Part shown: positions 9,355-18,210 of the stretch, piece after piece
Position numbering within the stretch: the stretch's first letter is position 1
How the letters are laid out: the number at the start of each line of letters is the position of its first letter
Source of the DNA: Alphaproteobacteria bacterium
GTDB lineage: Bacteria > Pseudomonadota > Alphaproteobacteria > UBA6615
Length of the DNA stretch: 64,000 nucleotides
Reading direction: 5' to 3'
NCBI GenBank assembly: GCA_965205535.1
Contig: CBDBHH010000005.1
Span: 461,773 to 525,772 of the forward strand
The notes under the pieces: model-generated
What the model saw: the letters and a program-made list of their open reading frames with translations, nothing else
Databases searched by the model: none
What the model was told of the DNA's origin: nothing
Made by a program: the position numbers and the translations under genes

Positions 9355-9831
9355 TTAGGGGGACGTGCCCTCCTCGGGATAGATCAGCCGCAGATTCTGC
9401 ACCACGGCCGCCGGGCGGTCGCTGCCCTCCAGCTCGATGGTCGCATCGAGGACGAGGGACACCCCACCATCCTCGCGCTTCTCCGCACTGGCCAGCACCT
9501 GGCGCAGGCGTATCCGTGACCCGGCGGGCACCATCGCCGTGAACCGTACCTTGTTGAGCCCATAGTTGAGCTCATGGGCGACGTGATCGACATCGAAGAT
9601 CTCGTAGCTCAGGGGTGCCAGAAGGGACAACACCAGGAAACCGTGCGCGATGGTGGTGCCGGTCGGCAGCTCGCGGGCGGCACGCGCGGGGTCCACATGC
9701 ACCCATTGATGATCGTTGGTCGCGTGGGCAAACGCATCGATCATCGCCTGGTCGATCTCGACCCAGTCGCTGACGCCCAGCTCCTCACCGACCAGGTCGA
9801 GGAACACATCGGGGTGGGAAAAGCGGGCCAC
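9355..9831 (-). CDS. MaoC-family enoyl-CoA hydratase/dehydratase (second paralog)
   Basis: 158 aa. Same length as the 7567 gene and most positions conserved, but inverted in orientation. Confidence 0.8.
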   Translation of the reverse strand: MARFSHPDVFLDLVGEELGVSDWVEIDQAMIDAFAHATNDHQWVHVDPARAARELPTGTTIAHGFLVLSLLAPLSYEIFDVDHVAHELNYGLNKVRFTAMVPAGSRIRLRQVLASAEKREDGGVSLVLDATIELEGSDRPAAVVQNLRLIYPEEGTSP

Positions 9832-9834
9832 CGC

Positions 9835-11205
9835 CTAGGACGCCTTCGCCGCTTCCTGCTCGCGCAAGACCTTGCGCTGGATCTTGCCCGTGGTCGTCAT
9901 CGGCAGTTCGGTGACAAACTCGACCGCGCGCGGAAACTCGTGCGCCGCCAGTCTGCGCTTCACATGCTCCTGAATCTCCCCGGCGAGCGTGTCGGACGGG
10001 ACTTCGCCGTCTTTCAGGATGATGAACGCCTTGACCAGTTCGCCCCGCGCCTCGTCGGGCACACCGATGACCGCCGACATGGTAACTGCCGGATGGGTCA
10101 TCAGGGAATTTTCAACCTCGGACGGGCCAATCCGATAGCCGGCGGAGTTGATCACATCGTCGGCACGGCCGACAATGACGTTGCATTCGGTTTGACCGTA
10201 GGCCTCGTTGATCGTCACGCCGAGTTGCTCGCGGCCCCACTCGATCAGCGGCGTGCCGAGCGCCTCGCCACCCGAGAACATGGAACGCAGATCATAGTCC
10301 CAGCGCGCGCGGGGATTCTCGATCTGCCGCATCACCTTCAGCGCCGTCGGTGGAATGAACGCGCAGCGCACACCGTAGCGCGCCATCAGGTCGAATGCGG
10401 CCTCGGGGTCGAACTTGCCCGGCGGATTTACCACCTGCGGGATACCGTGATAGAGCGCCGGCATCGCCGAATCCATCAATGCGCCAACCCACGCCCAGTC
10501 GGCGTTCGTCCACATGATGTCGCCCGGCTGGGGCAGAAAATCGAAAATGAAATCGACGCCAGGGGTATGCCCGATCATCGTGCGGTGGGGCAGCAGCGCA
10601 CCCTTCGGGTGGCCGGTCGTGCCCGAGGTGTAGATCAGCAGGGCCGGATCGCCGTTCGCCGTGTCAACCGGCGTGAAGCTGTCCTTCGCGCGTTCCAGCT
10701 CCGTATAAAAATCCAGCGCGCCGCCAGCGCCGTCGTCGGCGGGGCCGTCAACGGAGAGGACAAGCTGCAGGTCGGGCAGCGAATCCCTGATCTCGGCAAG
10801 CTTCACACAGCCCGCCCTGTCGGTGACGATCGCCCGCGCGCCGCTGTCCGAAAGCCGAAACTCAAGTGCGTCGGGGCCGAACAGCTGGGCCAGCGGCATG
10901 GCCACAAAACCGGCGCGATAGGCGGCAATATGCGCGACGAGCGTCTCGGGCATCTGAGGCAGCAGGACCGCGACCCGATCGCCGAACGCAAGCCCGTTTC
11001 CCACCAGCAGATTGGCAAGTCGGCTCGACAACTGCTTCAGATCGCCAAAACTGTAATCGCGTTGGCCGCCGTCGGGCTGCGGCACGATCAGCGCCGTCGC
11101 ATTCGGGTCATGTGCATCGCACACCGATACGCCCATGTTAAAGCGTTCCGGCACGTCCCAGCGCCAATCCCCCCAGGCCTCGGCGTAACTCTCCGATATC
11201 TTCAC
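9835..11205 (-). CDS. AMP-dependent acyl-CoA synthetase/ligase
   Basis: TSGTTGHPKG AMP-binding motif and a C-terminal GKIQRK. Start assigned to the GTG (VKISESY) preceded by a G-rich SD; the ORF extends upstream to 11298, so the start is uncertain. Confidence 0.8.
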   Translation of the reverse strand: MKISESYAEAWGDWRWDVPERFNMGVSVCDAHDPNATALIVPQPDGGQRDYSFGDLKQLSSRLANLLVGNGLAFGDRVAVLLPQMPETLVAHIAAYRAGFVAMPLAQLFGPDALEFRLSDSGARAIVTDRAGCVKLAEIRDSLPDLQLVLSVDGPADDGAGGALDFYTELERAKDSFTPVDTANGDPALLIYTSGTTGHPKGALLPHRTMIGHTPGVDFIFDFLPQPGDIMWTNADWAWVGALMDSAMPALYHGIPQVVNPPGKFDPEAAFDLMARYGVRCAFIPPTALKVMRQIENPRARWDYDLRSMFSGGEALGTPLIEWGREQLGVTINEAYGQTECNVIVGRADDVINSAGYRIGPSEVENSLMTHPAVTMSAVIGVPDEARGELVKAFIILKDGEVPSDTLAGEIQEHVKRRLAAHEFPRAVEFVTELPMTTTGKIQRKVLREQEAAKAS

Positions 11206-11301
11206 CAGCGTCCCCCCGCGTTTCTTGTTTGACAGAAGTCTAGCCAGAAGCGGGGAGAACGCCAATCCGACATCTCGGGCCGCGCGGTTGCGCGGCAAGC
11301 C

Positions 11302-12546
11302 TTAGTCGCCGCCGGCCAGTTCCAGCATCGCGCCCAGCAAGACCTGGCCACCCGCGCTCACCCATTCGGGCTTCGCATCCTCGATCTCGTTATGGCTGAT
11401 GCCATCGACACAGGGGATGAAGATCATCGACGTCGGCGCGACTGCCGCCACATTGCAGGCGTCGTGCCCGGCGCCCGAGATAATGTCTCGCGCGGACAAA
11501 TCGCGGCTCGCGGCGGCGTTGCGCACGGCCGCAACGCAACGCTCGGCAAAGACAATCGGCGCAATGTAGAAGATTTCCTCGAACGCACTCTCGAGGCCGA
11601 TCTCGGCGACGATGTCTTTCATGCCCGCGCGAAGTTTCGTGTCCATTTCACGCAGGATGTCGTCGTCGGGATGGCGGAATTCCGCGGTCATGAACACCTG
11701 GCCCGGGATGACGTTCCGCGAGTTGGGATAGGATTCGATCATGCCGACGGTCGAGCGCGCATCGGGCGCGTTGTCCATGCCGATCCGGTGGACCAGCTCG
11801 ACGATCCGCGCCGCGCCGACGAGCGCGTCACGGCGGCGCTCCATCGGCGTGGTACCGGCGTGGGATTCCTGGCCGGTCAGGGTGATTTCGTACCAGCGCT
11901 GGCCCTGGGCACCCGTGACCACGCCGATGCTGATCTCCTCGTCCTCCAGGATGGGTCCCTGCTCGATATGGGCCTCCACATAGGCGTGCAGTTCGCGGCC
12001 GCCGACAGGCAATTCACCGGCATAGCCGATCCGCTCCAGCTCCTCACCGATGGTCAACCCGTCGGTATCCGCGCGCGACAGGCCATGCTCGAGTGAAAAC
12101 TGACCGCCGAACACGCCCGAGGAAATCATGGCGGGCGCGAAACGGCTGCCCTCCTCGTTGGTCCACACCACCACCTCGATCGGGTGATCGGTCTCATAGT
12201 CCAGATCGTTGAGACTGCGGATCACTTCGAGGCCCGCAAGCACGCCGTAAATGCCGTCAAACTTTCCGCCGGTCGGCTGCGTGTCCAGATGGCTGCCGGT
12301 GACCACGGGCGGCAGGGACTCATTCCGCCCGGCGCGGCGGGCAAAGATATTGCCCATCTGGTCGACGCTCACGGTGCACCCGGCCGCCTTGCACCAGTCG
12401 ACAAACAGGTCGCGCGCCTCGCGATCGAGATCGGTGAGCGCGAGGCGCCGGCTGCCGCCCTTCTCGGTGGGACCGATCTCGGCGATGTCCATGATGCTCT
12501 GCCACAGACGATCACCGTCGATGGAAAGATTGCGTGGTTCGTTCAT
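11302..12546 (-). CDS. M20-family Zn-dependent amidohydrolase (N-carbamoyl-L-amino-acid hydrolase / allantoate amidohydrolase-like)
   Basis: 414 aa. The size, a histidine/acidic-rich N-terminal block (HLDTQP) and the overall pattern fit the M20 family. Confidence 0.7.
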   Translation of the reverse strand: MNEPRNLSIDGDRLWQSIMDIAEIGPTEKGGSRRLALTDLDREARDLFVDWCKAAGCTVSVDQMGNIFARRAGRNESLPPVVTGSHLDTQPTGGKFDGIYGVLAGLEVIRSLNDLDYETDHPIEVVVWTNEEGSRFAPAMISSGVFGGQFSLEHGLSRADTDGLTIGEELERIGYAGELPVGGRELHAYVEAHIEQGPILEDEEISIGVVTGAQGQRWYEITLTGQESHAGTTPMERRRDALVGAARIVELVHRIGMDNAPDARSTVGMIESYPNSRNVIPGQVFMTAEFRHPDDDILREMDTKLRAGMKDIVAEIGLESAFEEIFYIAPIVFAERCVAAVRNAAASRDLSARDIISGAGHDACNVAAVAPTSMIFIPCVDGISHNEIEDAKPEWVSAGGQVLLGAMLELAGGD

Positions 12547-12648
12547 CGTGCTGGCTTCCGGCCTGGGGTGTGAGAAACGCTTTCGCCCATGATACCGTCT
12601 CTCATCCCATCCTCACAGATCACGTTCGCACTGACTGGGTTGCAAAAT

Positions 12649-14271
12649 ATGAACACGCAAACCGGACGCCCGGTGACCCTGGCGCCCAACGGGCTCGTCA
12701 CCTCACCCCATTCGCTGGCCTCCGCCGCCGGGGTCGACGTCCTGCGCGCCGGCGGTTCGGCGGTGGACGCAGCACTCGCCACGAGCGCCGCCCTGGCGGT
12801 GCTGTACCCGCACATGACCAGCATCGGGGGCGACGCCTTCTGGCTGATCCACGAGGCCAAGACCGGCGCGGTCAAATATCTCAACGGCGGCGGGCGCGCG
12901 GCGGCCGGCGGCACGCTGGCAGCGATGGCAGCGCGCGGCCTGTCCGACATTCCGTTCCGTGGCGTTGTGCCCGCGACCCTGACCGTCCCCGGCGCGCTGG
13001 CGAGCTGGGACGCAGCACACACGGCCCATGGCCGCCTGCCGCTGCCCCGCATCCTCGAGGCCGCAATCGGCTATGCGCGCGACGGCTTCCCGGTCACCGG
13101 GCGGCTGGCGGGGCATATCGTCGAGCGCCGGGACGACCTGGCCGCCAACGAATACTCTGCGCGCATCTTCCTGCCCGACGGCACGCCGCCGGCTGCGGGT
13201 ACGAAGCTGGTCAACCCCGACCTCGCACGCAGCCTCGAACGGTTCGCGGAGGCGGGCCGGGCCGGCTTCTATGCCGGCGAGACGGCCGCCGAGATGGCGC
13301 GGTTTGCCGCCGAGGCAGGTGGCGTCTTCACGGCAGAGGATTTCGCAGGCCAGACCGCGCAATGGGGAGAACCCGTCTCCAGCGAGTATCGCGGCGTGAC
13401 CATCTACAACACGCCGCCCCCGACCCAGGGCTTCACGGTGCTCGAGATGCTCAACCTGATCGAGCCGTTCGAGCTACACCGGATGGAGATGCTGAGCCCG
13501 GAACATATCCATCTGCTGGTCCAGGCCAAGCAGATCGCTTTTCATGATCGCGACCGGCTGCTCGCCGACCCCGATTTCGTCGACGTCCCCATCGATCAAC
13601 TCATCTCAAAGGCCTATGCCGACGAACGCCGCGGGCTGATCGACCTCGAGACCGCCCTGCCCTGGGACAAGGTGCCATCCCATGGCAGCCTCGCGGGCGA
13701 CACGGTCTACATGGCCGCCATCGACAATGAGGGCAATGCCGTCTCGCTGATCCAGAGCCTGTTCGCGGCCTTCGGATCGGGACAGGTCGCCGGGCGAACC
13801 GGGGTCATGCTGCAGAACCGGGCGAGCTATTTCTCGCTCGATCCGGCGCACCCGAACCGGCTTGAGCCGGGGAAAATACCCCAGCACACGCTGATGGCGT
13901 CGATGTCCAAGCGCGGCGACGACCTCTGGTCCCTGCTCGGCACCCAGGGGGCGGACGGTCAGCCGCAGATTCAACTGCAACTGCTGACGGACATGATCGA
14001 TTTTGGCCTGAACATCCAGGAGGCAATTGAGCTGCCGCGATTTCTGTCGGGCCGCATCTCGCTCGGCGAGGCCCGCGACATGTTGCATCTCGAGGGGCGC
14101 ATGCCCGAGCCTACCTTTGAAGGACTGGCCGCGCGCGGCCACAAGATCAACCGCTGGGCCGACTGGAACAACCGGGCCGGCCAGGCCCATGGGATCGTGA
14201 TCGAGCCCGGCTCGGGGCTCTATACCGGCGGCTCGGACCCGCGCTCCGACGGCGCGGCGATTGGGTACTAA
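12649..14271 (+). CDS. ggt: Gamma-glutamyltransferase family protein (GGT paralog 1)
   Basis: YPHMTSIGGDAFWL and TVYMAAID/TxH-like autoprocessing region; C-terminal GGSDPRSDGAAIGY. Confidence 0.8.
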   Translation: MNTQTGRPVTLAPNGLVTSPHSLASAAGVDVLRAGGSAVDAALATSAALAVLYPHMTSIGGDAFWLIHEAKTGAVKYLNGGGRAAAGGTLAAMAARGLSDIPFRGVVPATLTVPGALASWDAAHTAHGRLPLPRILEAAIGYARDGFPVTGRLAGHIVERRDDLAANEYSARIFLPDGTPPAAGTKLVNPDLARSLERFAEAGRAGFYAGETAAEMARFAAEAGGVFTAEDFAGQTAQWGEPVSSEYRGVTIYNTPPPTQGFTVLEMLNLIEPFELHRMEMLSPEHIHLLVQAKQIAFHDRDRLLADPDFVDVPIDQLISKAYADERRGLIDLETALPWDKVPSHGSLAGDTVYMAAIDNEGNAVSLIQSLFAAFGSGQVAGRTGVMLQNRASYFSLDPAHPNRLEPGKIPQHTLMASMSKRGDDLWSLLGTQGADGQPQIQLQLLTDMIDFGLNIQEAIELPRFLSGRISLGEARDMLHLEGRMPEPTFEGLAARGHKINRWADWNNRAGQAHGIVIEPGSGLYTGGSDPRSDGAAIGY

Positions 14272-14280
14272 TGCCCGGCG

Positions 14281-15516
14281 TTAAGGCCGGTGCAGGTCGA
14301 CCGCCGAGCGGGTGAACGTCCGCCGCCCGGCCTTGAAGCCGAAACGCGCCTCGGCGTTGATCGCCACCGCGTCGGCCGCCGTCTCGGCGTCCCAGACCAC
14401 CAGATCCGCGGCGTTGCCGACGGCGACACCGTAATCCTCGCGACCGAGAAACTTCGCCGGCCGGTCCGTCATCATCGCGAAACACTCGGTCAATTCGTCC
14501 CGCGTGCCCCGCTGGGCGACATTCGCGTACATGTTGGCAATTCGCATCAGCGAGCCGTCGCCGAAGGGTGTGAAGGGATTGAGGATATTGTTGGTCGACA
14601 GGCAACAATTGACGCCATGGGCGGCGAGCGCGTTGCCATCGGCCACGCCGCGCATGACCGAGTGGTCCTGATGGCGCCCAACGGTGAACAGATCGGTCGC
14701 CGGCAACACCGTCAGGGTCACTCCACTGTCGGACATCAGCTTGCCGAGGTCGCGCAATTTCTCCGGCGGCATGGATGAGTATTTCGAGCCGTGACCCACG
14801 GCCACGCGGCCACCCCAGCCATTTTTGTCGGCGAGGGCGCAGACCTGATAGATGTCGAGATGGTCATGGTTCGGGCCGACATCGAGATGGATGTCCACGT
14901 CCACGTCATATTCCTTGGCCAGCTCGAAGATACGGTTGATCTGCCCCGGCCCGTCGGCGTCATAACTCGGCGCACCGCCGATGGCTGTTGCTCCGCGTTC
15001 AAGCGTGGCGACCAGATTGGCGTCACCCTCGGGCACACCCGTCCAGCCCTCCTGCAGAAAGACGCAGAGCTGCAGATCGATCGCCCAGGCATAGTCCTTT
15101 GCCAGCTGCTCGAGCGCATCCACGCTCTTCAGGCCGACATTGGGATCGACCTCCACATGGGTTCGCATATGGGTGCAACCATGGGCGATCGCGGTCTCCA
15201 GCGACGCGCCGGCGCGCTTGTAGACATCTTCTACGGTAAATCCCGACTTCACCGCCGAGACGCGCTTCATATGATCCATGCCGCGGTCGGGGGCCGGCTC
15301 GGAGCGGTCGAGAATGCGCGATTTGTCGAGGTGGATATGGGTTTCGATCAGCCCCCCGGACACGAGGCCGCCGGCGACGTCGAGGTTCTCCCCCCCTTCG
15401 GGTAGACCAGCCTCGACAGCCGCGATTCGACCGTCCGAAATCCCGACATCCTGCAACGGCGCATCGGCGTCGCCCCCGACGATCCGCGCGTTGCGCAGCA
15501 CCAGATCCAGACTCAT
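14281..15516 (-). CDS. Amidohydrolase superfamily protein (cytosine-deaminase / AtzC-like metal-dependent hydrolase)
   Basis: 411 aa; N-terminal HIHLD metal-binding motif. Confidence 0.7.
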   Translation of the reverse strand: MSLDLVLRNARIVGGDADAPLQDVGISDGRIAAVEAGLPEGGENLDVAGGLVSGGLIETHIHLDKSRILDRSEPAPDRGMDHMKRVSAVKSGFTVEDVYKRAGASLETAIAHGCTHMRTHVEVDPNVGLKSVDALEQLAKDYAWAIDLQLCVFLQEGWTGVPEGDANLVATLERGATAIGGAPSYDADGPGQINRIFELAKEYDVDVDIHLDVGPNHDHLDIYQVCALADKNGWGGRVAVGHGSKYSSMPPEKLRDLGKLMSDSGVTLTVLPATDLFTVGRHQDHSVMRGVADGNALAAHGVNCCLSTNNILNPFTPFGDGSLMRIANMYANVAQRGTRDELTECFAMMTDRPAKFLGREDYGVAVGNAADLVVWDAETAADAVAINAEARFGFKAGRRTFTRSAVDLHRP

Positions 15517-15624
15517 AGCCTACTCCCCCGAAATGATCCCGACGTCAGCGTAGTGCAGGGCTGCAGCCCGCGCAAAGGAGCAGCACGCAAGGCAGGGCTG
15601 CTCCTGATGGAACCCTGTCCGGCG

Positions 15625-15966
15625 CTAGTTGCCGCCGGCTGTATCGCCGGGCGCTTCGGCGCGCTCGTCGGGTCCATAGTCGCGCAACACCTCGGCGACC
15701 CGAAGGCGGTAATTCCAGAAAATGCCGCCGCGACCCTTCGCTTGCGCGATCTGGTGCGCCGCGTGGGTCCGCCAGGCCTTCACGGCCTCTTCGTCGCGAA
15801 AGAACGACAAGGCCAGATATTTGCCCGGGTTGTAGATGCTCTCGAACCGCTCAACCGAAATGAATCCGTCGATCTTCTCGAGCTCCTTCGCCAGATCGTG
15901 AGCAATCCCGAGATAATCCTCGAGGCGCCCTTCGGCCGGCCAGACCTCGAAGATGACTGCGATCAT
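15625..15966 (-). CDS. Antibiotic-biosynthesis-monooxygenase (ABM) domain protein
   Basis: 113 aa ferredoxin-like ABM fold. Its start overlaps the ACAD stop by 4 bp, implying translational coupling. Confidence 0.55.
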   Translation of the reverse strand: MIAVIFEVWPAEGRLEDYLGIAHDLAKELEKIDGFISVERFESIYNPGKYLALSFFRDEEAVKAWRTHAAHQIAQAKGRGGIFWNYRLRVAEVLRDYGPDERAEAPGDTAGGN

Positions 15967-17201
15967 TGCCCTACGCCGCGGTTACGCGGCCAGTCATCGA
16001 CCTGACGGCGCAGCTCGAGGCGCGCGATCTGGCGCCGATGTACCTCGTCGGGCCCGTCGAACAGGCGCATCGCGCGGGTCCGGGCATACATCGCCGCCAG
16101 CGGGAAATCATCACTCATGCCGCCGCCGCCATGCAGTTGCAGCGCCCGGTCGATGACGCCCAACGCCATGTTCGGTGCGGCCACCTTGATCATCGCGATT
16201 TCCTGGCGGGCTTCCTTGTTGCCGACCGTGTCCATCATCCATGCCGCCTTCATCACCAGAAGCCGGCACATCTCGATCTCGATCCGGGACTGGGCGATGC
16301 GTTCCTCTGTGATGCCGCGCTCGGCCAGCAGCTTGCCCCAGGTCTCGCGCTCGGCGGCGCGCTTGCACATCGCCTCCAGAGCCCTCTCGGCCACGCCGAT
16401 GACGCGCATGCAATGGTGAATGCGGCCCGGCCCGAGCCGGCCCTGGGCAACCTCGAACCCTCGGCCCTCGCCGAGCACCAGATTGTCCGCAGGTACGCGC
16501 ACATTGTCGAAGCTCACTTCGGCATGACCATGGGGGGCGTCGTCATAGCCCATCACATTGAGCATGCGCTTGATCGTCACCCCCGGCGTCTCGGTCGGCA
16601 CCAGGATCTGCGACTGTTGTTCGTGCCGGGCGGCCGTGGGGTCGGTCTTGCCCATGACGATCATGATCTTGCAGCGCGGGTTCCCGGCGTTCGACGTCCA
16701 CCATTTACGCCCGTTGATGACATAGTCGTCGCCGTCGCGGATGATCGAGCATTCGATGTTGGTTGCGTCCGACGACGCCACGTCGGGCTCGGTCATGGCG
16801 AAGGCGGAGCGAATCTCGCCGTTCAGCAGCGGCGTCAGCCATGCCTCCTGCTGGGCGGGGGTGCCGTACATGTGCAGCACCTCCATATTGCCCGTGTCCG
16901 GCGCGTTGCAGTTGAACACCTCCGGCGCCCAGTCGACCCTGCCCATGATCTCGCAAAGCGGCGCATACTCGACATTGGTCAGCCCGGCACCATGATGGTC
17001 GTCGGGCAGGAAGAGATTCCAAAGGCCGCGTTTCCTCGCCTCGACCTTCAGGTCGTCGACGATCTGCGGCGTCTGCCAGCGCGTGCCCTGGCTGTCGAGC
17101 TGGACATCGAACGTCTCCTCGTTCGGATAGACAAACTCATCCATGAAGGCGAGCAGCTGCGTGCGCATTTCGACGCAACGTTTTGACAATTCGAATTCCA
17201 T
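15963..17201 (-). CDS. Acyl-CoA dehydrogenase, ACAD10/ACAD11-type (LvaC-like)
   Basis: MEFELSKRC start. The motifs [19 protein letters not shown] and FDGPDEVH are characteristic of the ACAD10/11 subfamily, not of standard fatty-acid ACADs. Confidence 0.85.
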   Translation of the reverse strand: MEFELSKRCVEMRTQLLAFMDEFVYPNEETFDVQLDSQGTRWQTPQIVDDLKVEARKRGLWNLFLPDDHHGAGLTNVEYAPLCEIMGRVDWAPEVFNCNAPDTGNMEVLHMYGTPAQQEAWLTPLLNGEIRSAFAMTEPDVASSDATNIECSIIRDGDDYVINGRKWWTSNAGNPRCKIMIVMGKTDPTAARHEQQSQILVPTETPGVTIKRMLNVMGYDDAPHGHAEVSFDNVRVPADNLVLGEGRGFEVAQGRLGPGRIHHCMRVIGVAERALEAMCKRAAERETWGKLLAERGITEERIAQSRIEIEMCRLLVMKAAWMMDTVGNKEARQEIAMIKVAAPNMALGVIDRALQLHGGGGMSDDFPLAAMYARTRAMRLFDGPDEVHRRQIARLELRRQVDDWPRNRGVGQ

Positions 17202-17306
17202 CTCTTCCCCCGGGAACAGGCCAACAAGCATTCTAACGTCCGGGCGGGTGCCGAACGTTGTGACTTCGCCTAGGATACCGACATTGGAGTGAATAGGGGA
17301 ATCACC

Positions 17307-18080
17307 ATGGGCACGCCGTTCGACCTTTCGGGCAAAACTGCCATCGTCACGGGTTCAACCAAGGGTATCGGGCGCGCGATCGCCTTCGCTCTGGCCGAGG
17401 CCGGGGCAAATGTTTCCGTGTCCAGCCGCGACGCGGATCGCGTCTCGGAAACCGAAACCGCGATGAAAGACGCCGGTCATAACGCGCTCGGTGTGCCCTG
17501 TAACGTGGGCCGGAAGGATGAGCTCGAAAACCTTGTCGCGCGCACGCGAGAGACGCTCGGCCCGGTGGACATCCTCGTCTGCAACGCGGCCATTAATCCC
17601 TATTACGGCCCGTCGATGGACATCCCCGACGACGTCTTTGCCAAGGTCATGCACACCAACATCCAGGCCCAGCTCTGGCTCGCGCAACTGGTGGTGCCCG
17701 ACATGAAGGAAAACACGACAGACGGCGGGGCGATCATTTTCGTTTCATCTATCGGCGGGCTGCGCGGCAGCGACGTGATTGGTGCCTATAACGTCTCCAA
17801 GGCCGCCGACATTCAGCTTGCCAAGAACCTCGCGGTCGAACTCGGCCCGGACAACATCCGGGTCAACGCCATCGCACCGGGGCTGGTGAAAACGGATTTC
17901 GCGCGCGCGCTCTGGGAAAACCCGGAGTTTGCCGATCCGCGTATCGCCGCCACGCCGCTCAGGCGGCTGGGCGAACCGGAAGATATCGCCGGGGCCGCCG
18001 TATACCTGGCGTCAGATGCGGGCCGCTGGATGACGGGTCAGACTTTGGTCATCGACGGCGGCGCGACGGTGCCGGTCTAG
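17307..18080 (+). CDS. SDR family oxidoreductase
   Basis: [15 protein letters not shown] and YNVSKAA motifs. An alternative start lies at 17289. Confidence 0.85.
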   Translation: MGTPFDLSGKTAIVTGSTKGIGRAIAFALAEAGANVSVSSRDADRVSETETAMKDAGHNALGVPCNVGRKDELENLVARTRETLGPVDILVCNAAINPYYGPSMDIPDDVFAKVMHTNIQAQLWLAQLVVPDMKENTTDGGAIIFVSSIGGLRGSDVIGAYNVSKAADIQLAKNLAVELGPDNIRVNAIAPGLVKTDFARALWENPEFADPRIAATPLRRLGEPEDIAGAAVYLASDAGRWMTGQTLVIDGGATVPV

Positions 18081-18182
18081 AGTTGTCTCGCTTGCTGAAT
18101 GAGCCCTCATCCTGAGCCTGTCGAAGGACGAGGGCGGCATCCTCATACTTCGTCAAGCTCAGCATGAGGATGTTTCTTAAAG
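18080..18182. repeat. Dispersed palindromic intergenic repeat, copy C
   Basis: ccctcatcctgagcctgtcgaaggacgag ... cttcgtcaagctcagcatgagg. Confidence 0.7.
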
Positions 18183-18210
18183 ATGCACGACTGCGGTGAC
18201 TTTCAAACCC

